From: Calditrichales bacterium
GTDB lineage: Bacteria; Calditrichota; Calditrichia; Calditrichales; J004
Direction of reading: 5' to 3'
Assembly (NCBI GenBank): GCA_965267575.1
Contig: OZ254086.1
Span: 352,001 to 416,000 of the forward strand
DNA length: 64,000 nucleotides
The notes under the pieces: model-generated
What the model saw: only the letters and a program-made list of their open reading frames with translations
Databases searched by the model: none
What the model was told of the DNA's origin: nothing
Position numbers and translations under genes: made by a program
Shown: in pieces, positions 9,193-18,929 of the stretch
Layout: each line of letters opens with the position of its first letter
Numbering within the stretch: position 1 is the stretch's first letter

Positions 9193-10965
9193 TTACTTAA
9201 CAAGAAGCATTTTCTTGGTTGCTTCAAAACCATCAGCATTGAGCTTGTAGAAATAAACACCGGAAGCCAGATTTTCAGCGTTGAATTCAACTGTCTGAGG
9301 ACCGGCACTCATTTTCTTACCATCAATCAGCGTGGCTACTTTCTGACCCAGAGCATTGAATACTTCAACATTTACAGTAGCAGCTTTTTTCAAATTAAAA
9401 GCAATTTGCGTACTTGGGTTGAAAGGATTCGGATAATTCTGGAACAGTTCAAAAGAAGTAGCTGCTTGCAGATCGTCTTCGATCGAAGTGGCAATATCTA
9501 CCTGAACGCGCTGATATACCCATGGAATAAGAGGCGTGCTGCCTTCACCGAACAGACTTACGCCCGGTGCATAATCAACGAGATAAGCAACATCAATATA
9601 GTACATGCCATTATCTTCAAGAAGGTTCTGGCTCATCTGCGGATGAACATCGGAGTAACTTGGCATACCCGCTACTTTAAAAGGCTCACCCCAGGTTGCA
9701 CCACCGTCACCGGAAGTTGCACCATAAATATCAGTAGCATACAGACCGGAAACAGAGTCGCCGGTAGCATCATATGCACCAACCAGGGCGTTGCCTTCAA
9801 CTTCAGGCTGCTGCCAGATAGCGGCCAGCTTCATGCCATCTGCACTTACAGCAATGTTCGGATAAGCGCTGCCTATACCGTTGCCAGGATAACCGGCAGA
9901 GATTGCATCGGACAGATCTGCGTTGCGGCCTACATCTGCGCTCGTCAGGTCAATCAACTGACCATCAGCCTCATTCCAGTAAACAACAGGGAAAATCAGG
10001 TGCGTAATTGAGTCAGGATCGGCTGCATCCACAACACCACCATAGCCGTTAAATACCAGGTGTACATTGTCATTGTTGTCAAGAACAAAGTTTACCTGAC
10101 CAAAGTTTTCCGGCCAATGGAAGCTGTTATCTCCCAGAATAGTAGCATCAGCATAAAGCAGCGTGTTTGTCCAGGAAGCGCCGTTGTCCGAAGAACGTGC
10201 CAGCCACATACCTTCCTGATCGCCACCGGCACCCATATAAACAGAAACGAGATTACCGTTGCTGTCATACATGACTACGTTTTCAGCGTTTCCAAGAGCA
10301 AGAGCTGTATCCGGGTTCTGCGGATAATCATTGTGGATCGGGAAAGTAGCACCGAGATCGCTGGAAATAGAAACACCATACGTTCCAGGACCCTGGTCAC
10401 CGGAAACAACTACATTATTTCCACTTGCATCTACACGCGGAAAAACGCCGGCGAGCTCAGCAATGGCTGTTTCAGTAAAGCTATAGAATGCTTCGCCATC
10501 ATCTTTCCAGAATGCGATACCGCCACCGTGCATAACACCGAGTACTTCATCATTCGGGCCATTGGCAACGTTACCCCAACCTGTGGAGCGCTCTTCCGTA
10601 ACCGACTGGTTACCAAAGAAACCAAAAGGCTCCTGGCTGAAGTCAAAGAAGTCATAAGTAACAAAACGGGCTCCACCGGCTTCCTGGCGATTCATGTAAG
10701 TAATATGAACACCATTGGCGCTATTAACGAGCTGACGGCCGGTTACACTGTTTGTTGAATAGTCATAAACAGTTACACCAAGTGTATCACCCGCTTCAGC
10801 AGCTACTTTATTCATTTGCGGCAGCTGATAGATAGGACCCGTGTAGGGCTTTACGTCGATATTTTCGTCACCGGTGATAACGCGAGCTTTTTGCTCGGTA
10901 ATCTTGCCCGCAAACGAAAGCGCGACGAAAGCAAGAAGTAAAGTAGCAGTAAGGAATTTTGACAT
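9193..10965 (-). CDS. Secreted BNR/Asp-box (probable beta-propeller) protein with T9SS-type CTD
   Basis: Asp-boxes SSDLGATF, SSDNGASW and SGDGGATW. CTD FELFQNYPNPFNPST...LASGVYFYKL...KKMLLVK. Start MSKFL after GGAGG. Confidence 0.85.
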   Translation of the reverse strand: MSKFLTATLLLAFVALSFAGKITEQKARVITGDENIDVKPYTGPIYQLPQMNKVAAEAGDTLGVTVYDYSTNSVTGRQLVNSANGVHITYMNRQEAGGARFVTYDFFDFSQEPFGFFGNQSVTEERSTGWGNVANGPNDEVLGVMHGGGIAFWKDDGEAFYSFTETAIAELAGVFPRVDASGNNVVVSGDQGPGTYGVSISSDLGATFPIHNDYPQNPDTALALGNAENVVMYDSNGNLVSVYMGAGGDQEGMWLARSSDNGASWTNTLLYADATILGDNSFHWPENFGQVNFVLDNNDNVHLVFNGYGGVVDAADPDSITHLIFPVVYWNEADGQLIDLTSADVGRNADLSDAISAGYPGNGIGSAYPNIAVSADGMKLAAIWQQPEVEGNALVGAYDATGDSVSGLYATDIYGATSGDGGATWGEPFKVAGMPSYSDVHPQMSQNLLEDNGMYYIDVAYLVDYAPGVSLFGEGSTPLIPWVYQRVQVDIATSIEDDLQAATSFELFQNYPNPFNPSTQIAFNLKKAATVNVEVFNALGQKVATLIDGKKMSAGPQTVEFNAENLASGVYFYKLNADGFEATKKMLLVK

Positions 10966-11116
10966 AACAAAAACCTCCAAATAGGTAAAACGTGAGAGTT
11001 AAACAGTTAGACGACGAAAGTGCGAGAGTTTCTGCGCCACCTCCTTTCTAAGTTTCGCTATGTGTAAGTTTTACAAAGATGAACAAATTAAAGGTACTTT
11101 CCCGGGCTCGGTTTCA

Positions 11117-11145
11117 AGTATAATACTTTGATAAAAATGTGTCAA
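11117..11145 (-). promoter_or_regulatory. Near-consensus sigma70 promoter for the Asp-box/TBDR module
   Basis: Minus strand TTGACA (11140-11145), 17-nt spacer, TATACT (11117-11122). Confidence 0.75.
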
Positions 11146-11228
11146 GTGTTTTTAATTAAAGCATTTACGAGCAAAATAAGCTGTAGATTTTGGCACTTTA
11201 AAGGTAATCCCTTTCGGGATAAACAGGA

Positions 11229-13427
11229 TTAACGCAACAATAAAAGCCTGCTAAATATAGCCTTTTTACCCGCCTTCACCCTCACAATATAGACACCGGA
11301 AGCAACCCTTTCGCCGAAACTGGATTGACCGTCCCACTGGAAAAGACCGTTTAACGATGAGGACGCGGAATACACCTTGCGGCCGCTTATATCGAAAATA
11401 TCAAGTTCTGCAATACCGCTTCCCAGCGCGGAATATTCTATATTAAACATTGTACCGTTGCCCGCGGGATACGGATTGGGAAAAAGGGCCAGGCTGCTGA
11501 TTGCCGGTTCCTGCGGCACTTTACTGCCACCGGGAGCGCTAACCTCCACGTTCATCATCCAGACACCATTTAAGGTATTGCCACCCGACGTAAACTGCGT
11601 CAATGGCCTGAAACGTCCGTTGGTTATCGTGCCCTTAATAAACGACCGGCCACTGTTCCCATCGTCGCTGTCATAGCCCATTGCGCCTTCGGTTAAGAAT
11701 TCAACGCCGACGGCAATCTCGTCATCCTCATCATAGCTGATTTCAAAATCCTCCAGGTCAAAACGCACCCATCCCGAGGCTACAACGTTGGGCACCGTAA
11801 TCGCGACGGAAGAAGGTACAGAACCGTCACTTAGCCTGGAAGTGTACACATGCAAGCGAATATCCGAGCTTGATGTCGATTTGTAAAATGAAAGAGATTT
11901 CAGAATAACCGCGTTCTCCGGGGCAAAATATTTAATAGCATTTGTGTTATTGTCCGATGTCAGGGAAACGTCTGGTTCACCGCCGGCGTAGCTAAGTTCT
12001 AAAATACGCCCGGCAGGAGATGCATCAAATGTAAGCCCGTAGGATTCATTACGTGATGTGTTGTTAGCGAAGAAAATCTGCCGCGTATGGTGCGTACGGC
12101 CAAAATCATTATCGCTAAACATGGTTGTGGAAAGCGGCACAAGCCTCTCGGACAACCCAAAACCCAGCCTGGACTGCCAGACATTTCCGGCAAAAGAACT
12201 GTTAGAGGAAAAAATAAGCGAGTCGCCGTTCGTCACCTCGATAAAGGTGAGTGAATATGGTTTTACGCTATAGCTCTTGGAAAATGGGAAAGTTGTAACG
12301 CGTGACAGGGGTTGTGGCTGTATATACTGCAAAGCCTCCCAGGTAAAAACATTGCCGTCACTTTCCCCGGGAACATTCGAAGACAATATTTTAAAAAACT
12401 CCCTCACCAGATCTGAAAAGGCTTTATTAACACCCGCGCTCTGCAACCCCTGGTTAAAACCGCTTATGCCCGGCTGCGGTGCCCGGACGATCTGCCGAAC
12501 GGCCTCCAAACCATATTTCTCATATACAAAATATTGCCATAGCGCGACACGCGCATAATGCGGCAATGAATTATCCCGGTCCCAGTCGGTAAGCGAAAGC
12601 GATATGCTTTGCAGATAACGGTCCGGCGAGCGCAACCCATAGCCGCAGAAAAAAGAAGCGACTTCAGAGAAACCCTCATTGGCCCAGGTTTCTTCATCGG
12701 GGTCATTGCGAAATTGGATCAAATGCTGAAATTCGTGGGCAACCGTTCCCAGTACACCGTTTACGTTATAAGTAGGATCGCCGTTCTGGTCTTCGCCGTA
12801 AATACCGGGATAGGTGTCCATGTAAATGATATCGGAGCGGTTAGAGCCCGGCTGCGTGGTCTGGTCGTGTTCATAGAAAAATCCGCCTATGAATGTATCC
12901 CCGGCATCTTCCCAGCCATCCTGGATGTCAGTGAGCAGGAAATTAACATGGCCGTTTCCATCCACGTCCGGTGGAGCACCAAAAATATCTACGCTGATTT
13001 CATAAATGCCCCGCGAAGGATCAAGGCTTGAAGCGGGCGTCGACTCAATGATGGCGTCATATACCTGATCAATAACGGCATCCGTCACATGATTATTGTC
13101 AATCTCCGCCTTCTCCACCCAGATATTTACGCGGCTGTCCTGCTTTTTTAATACAAACACCTTTTCGTCAAAGCTCATCTTATCGGGGTTTACAAGATTC
13201 AGCACCTGGAATGTGCGCTCTTCCAAAAGCCCTGCCGGTTTGCGCAGCGGCGAAAGCTGCAATTGCCTGTAGCGTTCAGGATTGTTTTTGCGCAGGTTTT
13301 CAATGTATGCTTCAAACTGCTCCTGTGTGGGCGTAAGCGGTGTACCGGAAACACGCGGTTCATGAAACAAGTACTGGGCGTTTACGATTTGGGCAGAAAG
13401 GAATAAAAAAAGAAATAGTTGCCGCAT
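11229..13427 (-). CDS. Secreted zinc metallopeptidase (M30/hyicolysin-like) with C-terminal FlgD-Ig/T9SS-like CTD
   Basis: AHEFQHLI and WANEGFSE gluzincin motifs, PDVDGNG..NFLLTDI.D, CTD FPNPY...IFDISGRKV...WDG...ASGVYIV. Start MRQLF gives a clean signal peptide. Confidence 0.82.
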   Translation of the reverse strand: MRQLFLFLFLSAQIVNAQYLFHEPRVSGTPLTPTQEQFEAYIENLRKNNPERYRQLQLSPLRKPAGLLEERTFQVLNLVNPDKMSFDEKVFVLKKQDSRVNIWVEKAEIDNNHVTDAVIDQVYDAIIESTPASSLDPSRGIYEISVDIFGAPPDVDGNGHVNFLLTDIQDGWEDAGDTFIGGFFYEHDQTTQPGSNRSDIIYMDTYPGIYGEDQNGDPTYNVNGVLGTVAHEFQHLIQFRNDPDEETWANEGFSEVASFFCGYGLRSPDRYLQSISLSLTDWDRDNSLPHYARVALWQYFVYEKYGLEAVRQIVRAPQPGISGFNQGLQSAGVNKAFSDLVREFFKILSSNVPGESDGNVFTWEALQYIQPQPLSRVTTFPFSKSYSVKPYSLTFIEVTNGDSLIFSSNSSFAGNVWQSRLGFGLSERLVPLSTTMFSDNDFGRTHHTRQIFFANNTSRNESYGLTFDASPAGRILELSYAGGEPDVSLTSDNNTNAIKYFAPENAVILKSLSFYKSTSSSDIRLHVYTSRLSDGSVPSSVAITVPNVVASGWVRFDLEDFEISYDEDDEIAVGVEFLTEGAMGYDSDDGNSGRSFIKGTITNGRFRPLTQFTSGGNTLNGVWMMNVEVSAPGGSKVPQEPAISSLALFPNPYPAGNGTMFNIEYSALGSGIAELDIFDISGRKVYSASSSLNGLFQWDGQSSFGERVASGVYIVRVKAGKKAIFSRLLLLR

Positions 13428-13428
13428 A

Positions 13429-13767
13429 TTATTTTGCGATATCCGGATAAACAGTTGCCAGCTTATCCAGGTCTTCATCGGAAAGGAAATCGAACTCAAT
13501 GCCTACCTGGTAATCTGTGTCGCTGTTTTTTTTCTGGTTTCGCACTTTGCCGATCGTCTTAACCAGTTCATCACCAACGGCAACCGATAGCTCAATTTTC
13601 AGGCCCGTCTCCATCGGCCTGGATGAACGGATCGCCGTCCCCGTACGGCTGATATCGAGTGTGGTGACCATTCCCTCGTCAAAAACGCGTCCTTCGGCAT
13701 CGTACAAACGGTAGGAAATAAAATTTTCCGTGTCGATTCTTTTTGACTCACGGCCTTCGAATTCCAT
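13429..13767 (-). CDS. Single-domain PilZ protein (c-di-GMP receptor)
   Basis: RESKR (RxxxR) and DISRTG (DxSxxG) motifs, GKVR..., YQVGIEF. Confidence 0.88.
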   Translation of the reverse strand: MEFEGRESKRIDTENFISYRLYDAEGRVFDEGMVTTLDISRTGTAIRSSRPMETGLKIELSVAVGDELVKTIGKVRNQKKNSDTDYQVGIEFDFLSDEDLDKLATVYPDIAK

Positions 13768-13781
13768 AACGTTTCCCTTTA

Positions 13782-14063
13782 TTAATGTGCGCTTTCGCTC
13801 TTTTTATACTCGGCGAGGATTTCGCTGATTTCCTCATCGATGTCGGCGGGGTCGAGATCCAGTTTCGAAATTTCTTCCAAAATCAGGTTGATTCGTGCTT
13901 CAATATCAAGACGGCGGTTCAGATAAAAATAGTGGTCATCGTAATATCTTACCAAACCGCCCTTAAAATTACCGCGGTCCGATTTTACCGAAACACCGCG
14001 AGCCTCCAAAAAAGCAATCAGCTTTTGCAGCTTCTTTTCACTCTCTTTATCTGCTTTGTTCAC
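13782..14063 (-). CDS. Small hypothetical protein
   Basis: 93-aa ORF tightly packed in the operon, GVSVKSDRGNFKGGL motif. Function not recognised. Confidence 0.7.
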   Translation of the reverse strand: MNKADKESEKKLQKLIAFLEARGVSVKSDRGNFKGGLVRYYDDHYFYLNRRLDIEARINLILEEISKLDLDPADIDEEISEILAEYKKSESAH

Positions 14064-14067
14064 GGCT

Positions 14068-15153
14068 TTATAAATACTCTTCCATATTTCTCAAACGCAA
14101 TTTATCCACAACCTCTTTCACGCGCTGCGATTTGTCTTTGCGGCAGACAAGGATCGTATCGTCCGTCTCCACAACAATAAGGTCATCCACATCAACGGCA
14201 GCTATCAGCTTGCCGGACCTGGAATGAAAATAATTATTCGTAGCATCTATGACAATAGAACGATCACATAACAGGGCGTTCTGGTATTTGTCTTTTTCGG
14301 ACAGGTTGTACACAGCCTCCCAGGAGCCTACATCGCTCCAGCGGAAATCCGCTTCGATAACTTTTACATTTCGCGCACCTTCCATAACCGCATAATCAAT
14401 CGATATGGAACGCGTCGACGAGTAGGCTTTGAGGATTGCTTCCGTCATGTCCGGCGTGTCGATCTTTTCTTTTAGCGCGGGCAGTAAATAGTATAAATCC
14501 GAAACCTGGCGCTCAAATTCCGACAAAATACTCTGGACGGTCCAGATGAAGATGCCGCTGTTCCAATAGAAATCGCCGCTTTTCAGAAAACGGTCCGCCG
14601 TTTCCAGGTTGGGTTTTTCAGCAAATGTTTTCACCTTATGGATCTTATGCTGCTCCACCACTTCGCCAATCTCGGCGCGCTGTATGTAACCGTAACCCGT
14701 TTCGGGGTAAGACGGTGTAATGCCAAGCGTGATCAGTGCGTCGGTTTGTCTGGCGTGTCCGGCAGCCACGTTCAGCGTTTCACGAAATTTTTCCTCGTCA
14801 TAAACCAGGTGGTCGGCGGGTAAAACGGCCATAACCTCGTCGCGTCCTTTTTCCCTTTTTTCAATAATCGTCGATGCCAGGGCAATGCACGGCGCTGTAT
14901 TGCGGGCAATCGGTTCGGCAATGATGTTTTCCGCGGGAATTTCAGGAAGCTGTTGGGCAACAGCATCCACCAGGTTTTCACCGGTTATTATAAGAACTTT
15001 TTCGGGAGAAGTAAGCTCGCGTATTCTCTCGTATGTCAGTTGCAGCATCGTTTTATCTGTAAACAGGTTCAGCAATTGTTTGGGAGAATCTTTACGGCTT
15101 AGCGGCCAGAATCGCGTACCGGCACCTCCGGCCATCAAAACAATATACATCAA
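14068..15153 (-). CDS. manC: Mannose-1-phosphate guanylyltransferase
   Basis: MAGGAGTRFWPLSR..PKQLL, EPIARNTAP, LPADH, PETGYGYI, FAEKP, WNSGIF, WSDVGSW. Confidence 0.95.
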   Translation of the reverse strand: MMYIVLMAGGAGTRFWPLSRKDSPKQLLNLFTDKTMLQLTYERIRELTSPEKVLIITGENLVDAVAQQLPEIPAENIIAEPIARNTAPCIALASTIIEKREKGRDEVMAVLPADHLVYDEEKFRETLNVAAGHARQTDALITLGITPSYPETGYGYIQRAEIGEVVEQHKIHKVKTFAEKPNLETADRFLKSGDFYWNSGIFIWTVQSILSEFERQVSDLYYLLPALKEKIDTPDMTEAILKAYSSTRSISIDYAVMEGARNVKVIEADFRWSDVGSWEAVYNLSEKDKYQNALLCDRSIVIDATNNYFHSRSGKLIAAVDVDDLIVVETDDTILVCRKDKSQRVKEVVDKLRLRNMEEYL

Positions 15154-16082
15154 TTTTCCTTTTCGTTAGCAGGTATCAGGTTTAAATACTTCCCGGCGTA
15201 GGCATTATCCTCGTCTAAATGTTTCAATGCGAGAAACACACGGCGCGCGTTCACTTCGTCGCCGGCCAGATAATAGGTTTCACCGAGATTTTGCAATGCG
15301 ATCACATAGCGGGGTTTCAGGCTTAACGCCCTTATAAAAAACCGGATCGCCGGATCGTAATCTCCGGCAATTTTATACAAATAACCCATGTTATGCAGGG
15401 CTTCGGGATAATCCGGATCGATGCGCAACGCCTGTTCCAAGTGAAAACTGGCACTGTCGTTGCGGCCTTCAAAATACAAAGCTACGGCCAGATTGTTGTG
15501 CGCCTTGGCATAGCCGGGGTCCAGATTCAGCGCCCTTTGGTACACCGGGATCTGTTCGCTGTAATCCTCTTTTTCGGCCGCCTGTTCGGACAGTTCAAAG
15601 GCGCGGATATCCAGGCTGCCGCCCATTATTTCACGTACAAGCTGCAGGTTTTTTTGCGCCGCCTCATATTCACCGTAAACGTCCAGCGCGCGCAGGAAAG
15701 ATTTCTCGGCCTCGGGATAGCGCTTTTCCAGAAAATACATATAGCCAAGATTATTGGCCGCCTGGTAGTAGAGCGAATCCAGCTGCAGCGCCTTGCTGAA
15801 ATAGCGGATGGCCTTGCCTGTTTCGCCCTGCCTGTACAGAGCCAGTCCGATAAAATTATGGACCTCCGCATCATCGGGTATAATCGTCAGCGCCTGTCGC
15901 CACTGTTCGATCGCCAGGCTGTCCCGTCCGGCATCAAAATGATCTATGCCGCGCGTTACCATATTTTCAGCGACGAGGTATTTATCAATCTCTTTTTCCT
16001 CTTTGCCAAGCCCCAGCCAGGCGCAGCTTTGAAGCAACAGCAAAAGGAAAAGAAAAAACAGTTTTTTTACGATTGTATTCAT
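15150..16082 (-). CDS. TPR-repeat lipoprotein
   Basis: Lipobox LLQSC and multiple TPRs (AHNNLA, ALHNMG, ALQNLG). Confidence 0.88.
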   Translation of the reverse strand: MNTIVKKLFFLFLLLLLQSCAWLGLGKEEKEIDKYLVAENMVTRGIDHFDAGRDSLAIEQWRQALTIIPDDAEVHNFIGLALYRQGETGKAIRYFSKALQLDSLYYQAANNLGYMYFLEKRYPEAEKSFLRALDVYGEYEAAQKNLQLVREIMGGSLDIRAFELSEQAAEKEDYSEQIPVYQRALNLDPGYAKAHNNLAVALYFEGRNDSASFHLEQALRIDPDYPEALHNMGYLYKIAGDYDPAIRFFIRALSLKPRYVIALQNLGETYYLAGDEVNARRVFLALKHLDEDNAYAGKYLNLIPANEKEN

Positions 16083-16870
16083 GGTAGTTCTATTTCTCCC
16101 CTAAAAACGAATCGTGCAGGTCCTGTAATATATAAAGATTTATTCTTTTTGCGAATGTTTACGCGCCCCCCGGCACTGATAACATTGATGCCATCCCGCG
16201 TCATGTCGGAATCGGCGGCAAAGACATAAGCCGAGGCGCACATACCTGTTCCGCAGGACAAAGTTTCAGCCTCAACACCCCGTTCATATGTACGTATTTC
16301 GATTGTATCCCCGGCAACGCGCTTAAGCAGGTTAACATTCGTGCCCTTTGGAAAGTGCTGTTTGTCATAACGGATTTTGCGGGCCCATTCAATGAAGTCC
16401 GGCTTGTTAAGGTCGTCGCTAAAAAAGACGACGTGCGGCACGCCCGTATTTATGGCATAACCCGCCGTTAATTCACCTGAAATATCCAGCGTAATTGGTT
16501 GAGGCTTGCTGTTAACATGCACTTCCACGCGAATGGTGTCGCCCTCGATATAGCCCTCGTGCGCTCCGTCATCGGCGAGAAAAGTAAACGGCTTACCAGG
16601 CGCAACCCAGCCCCGCCGTGATGCAAATAAGACGGCGGCACGGCAACCGTTGGCGCACATCTCACCGCGCGAACCGTCACTGTTAAAATAATTGAAGCGG
16701 AAAGCGTGTGAACCGGCATCAGGCTGCAGGACAATCACCCCGTCTGCGCCAATGCCCAGATGGCGGTCGCAAAGGCGCTTAATCTGCGTGCTGTCCGGAC
16801 CGATCGTGTTACTGTAAATAATAAAATCGTTGCCCGTGGCCTCGATTTTTTCAAATTGCAGGGTTGTCAT
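16079..16870 (-). CDS. dapF: Diaminopimelate epimerase
   Basis: GNDF, DRHLGIGADG, NSDGS..EMCANG, GVPH, RTYERGVEAETLSCGTG. Confidence 0.97.
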   Translation of the reverse strand: MTTLQFEKIEATGNDFIIYSNTIGPDSTQIKRLCDRHLGIGADGVIVLQPDAGSHAFRFNYFNSDGSRGEMCANGCRAAVLFASRRGWVAPGKPFTFLADDGAHEGYIEGDTIRVEVHVNSKPQPITLDISGELTAGYAINTGVPHVVFFSDDLNKPDFIEWARKIRYDKQHFPKGTNVNLLKRVAGDTIEIRTYERGVEAETLSCGTGMCASAYVFAADSDMTRDGINVISAGGRVNIRKKNKSLYITGPARFVFRGEIELP

Positions 16871-18567
16871 GGCTGGATGATCTGCACTCCCGACGTTTCC
16901 CAGCGTTTGCGCACCGTCAGCGTATCCGTTGAAACGGCAAATGGTTCGCTGAAGCGGAAAGGGTTTAAAGAGCCATGACTGAAAACGGCGTTGCTGTCCT
17001 GATCCCAGAAGGCGCGCCAGGTGTATTGGCCGTCGGGGATGTTTTGAATTGTGAAGTTGTTGTTGTTTGTCGTTTGCGTGCGGTAGTTGCGGGCGCCGCG
17101 TCCCAGGGAAGAAAAGGTGATATAAACGGGATACAAGGTTGTATCTGTACCGGAAACGCTACCGCTGATTGAACCATACTCGTCGCCGTTGTGGATTTTG
17201 AAACGTGCCCGTGTAATGGAATCGCCCAGCGCGCTGCCCCACACATCGGTCAGCAAGTTCCAGGAAAGGGTGAAGTAATACTCTTTGTCTAAAATTAATT
17301 GCCGTTTCGGTCGCACCGAAAATTCATAGACACTTGGTCGCTCGGTGACCGTTTGCAGCGTATCGCCTTCTTTTGAATATAGCCCGAAAGCCTTTTTAAA
17401 AACGGTGGAATCGACAGGTCGGGTAAACTCAAAATAAAGCTCCGTTAAAGGATGCTCGTTCCAACTGCTGTCTCGCGGTGTAAATGTCTTTAGTTGAAAA
17501 CTGTCGAGCTTGGTCTCACCACGGACGCTAAAAAACTGTCCTGCCTGCTCCAGAACGTTGCCGCTGCTGTCTCGCATGGAATTAATATTCAGACCGTAGA
17601 CGCGATCCACATCCAGGGGCGGCGTAAACAATTCCACGTTGTTCTCTTCTTCACTGCCCGGTGATACGGCCAATATCTCAAGCCCCTCATTGTTCAGGCT
17701 GTCGAACAGGAATATCTGCTCACGCGAAGGCAAGACGACTTTCTCGGTAAAGCGCATATCGACGCGCCGGTTACCGACAGCCCGTGCATTGATCAGTTCG
17801 GGAGCCGTCGTATCGAAACTGGTGAAGCGGAAATTCAAGCCCTGGTAAGCCAGAGAAGCTGAATCCAGCACAACATCGCGCAGCGGCAGGCCAACGCGCT
17901 CATTCTGCGCATCAATCGTACCATTGTTATTCTGATCAATGAGAGCAAAAACGCGGTACGTATCCGGCCGCAGGTAGTTAAGAAGGTAACTGCCGTCATC
18001 GCCGCTTTGTGAAATGTAGGAAGCCCTTTTCTGCAGATCGATGGCCGGCGTATCTGCGGGCACGCGGTAGGCCAGCAATGTAGCAGCTTTGTTCCGCGAC
18101 ACGCCAAATACGCGTCCGGCAATCCGTCCGCGATCGATCACATCGCCGCTGGAAAAAGCCAGCTGAAAACTTTGCTTGAGATTATTGCCCGCGCGCAGGT
18201 CTTTAATTTCACTGCCCAGAACCAGCACATACGTCTGTGCCGCTTCCAGCGTATCTTTTAAGATTATATGCAGCTCATCGGAGCTTTCCCATTCCTGCTC
18301 GTACTCCAGCGGAGGAGAAAAAAAGATATTACCGCCGGATGATCCCTCATTCATCCTTTCGGAAAAACGGATCCTGATACGATCAAGTTTTTTAACACCA
18401 GTGGAATCGGGAGGAGGGTAACTATAGACTATCTCCGGAGGTGTGCGATCGATCGGACCGCCACCCGGAGGCGCCTGCACAGCGCAGGAAAAAAGAAAAA
18501 AAAGGACCGCCGGCAGAAATCGTTTTAAGCGCGGACGGTCCTTAACAGAGGAGAAAAGGTACGCCAC
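16867..18567 (-). CDS. Ig-like (Big_5) domain lipoprotein
   Basis: Lipobox LFSCA followed by PPGGGPID.TPP signature and repeated Ig-like units. Confidence 0.85.
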   Translation of the reverse strand: MAYLFSSVKDRPRLKRFLPAVLFFLFSCAVQAPPGGGPIDRTPPEIVYSYPPPDSTGVKKLDRIRIRFSERMNEGSSGGNIFFSPPLEYEQEWESSDELHIILKDTLEAAQTYVLVLGSEIKDLRAGNNLKQSFQLAFSSGDVIDRGRIAGRVFGVSRNKAATLLAYRVPADTPAIDLQKRASYISQSGDDGSYLLNYLRPDTYRVFALIDQNNNGTIDAQNERVGLPLRDVVLDSASLAYQGLNFRFTSFDTTAPELINARAVGNRRVDMRFTEKVVLPSREQIFLFDSLNNEGLEILAVSPGSEEENNVELFTPPLDVDRVYGLNINSMRDSSGNVLEQAGQFFSVRGETKLDSFQLKTFTPRDSSWNEHPLTELYFEFTRPVDSTVFKKAFGLYSKEGDTLQTVTERPSVYEFSVRPKRQLILDKEYYFTLSWNLLTDVWGSALGDSITRARFKIHNGDEYGSISGSVSGTDTTLYPVYITFSSLGRGARNYRTQTTNNNNFTIQNIPDGQYTWRAFWDQDSNAVFSHGSLNPFRFSEPFAVSTDTLTVRKRWETSGVQIIQP

Positions 18568-18918
18568 TTAGCGGGTGACGGCTTTTTCCTTAATACGTGC
18601 AGCTTTTCCGCGCAGGTCGCGCAGATAGTAAAGCTTGGATCGGCGAATATGTCCTTTGCGAACCAGCTTCAATTCGGCGATGCGCGGTGAGTGAAACGGG
18701 AAAATACGCTCAACACCAACGCCATGCGTTACTTTACGGACGGTAAATGTCTTACTGATACCGGAACCGTTGAATTTGATGCAAACGCCTTCAAAAACCT
18801 GAATACGCTCTTTGTCACCTTCGATAACGCGTACATGCACAGCGACTGTATCACCAACGCGGAACTCAGGAATTTCAGAGACGAATTGTTCTGCCGTTGC
18901 CTGATGTACTATGTCCAT
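18568..18918 (-). CDS. rplS: 50S ribosomal protein L19
   Basis: FRVGDTV.VH....[31 protein letters not shown]. Confidence 0.99.
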   Translation of the reverse strand: MDIVHQATAEQFVSEIPEFRVGDTVAVHVRVIEGDKERIQVFEGVCIKFNGSGISKTFTVRKVTHGVGVERIFPFHSPRIAELKLVRKGHIRRSKLYYLRDLRGKAARIKEKAVTR

Positions 18919-18929
18919 TTTTTCCAGCC

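Noticed and set aside
9193-10965. Calling the Asp-box protein a sialidase
   Set aside because: Asp-boxes are present, but I see no (F/Y)RIP motif or other evidence of the arginine triad.
1-11200. Apparently lower GC here and at about 49.7-52.7 kb and 59.5-64 kb as a sign of horizontal transfer
   Set aside because: Judged by eye only. No integrase, transposase, tRNA or boundary repeats; amino-acid composition or expression-linked codon usage explains it equally well.
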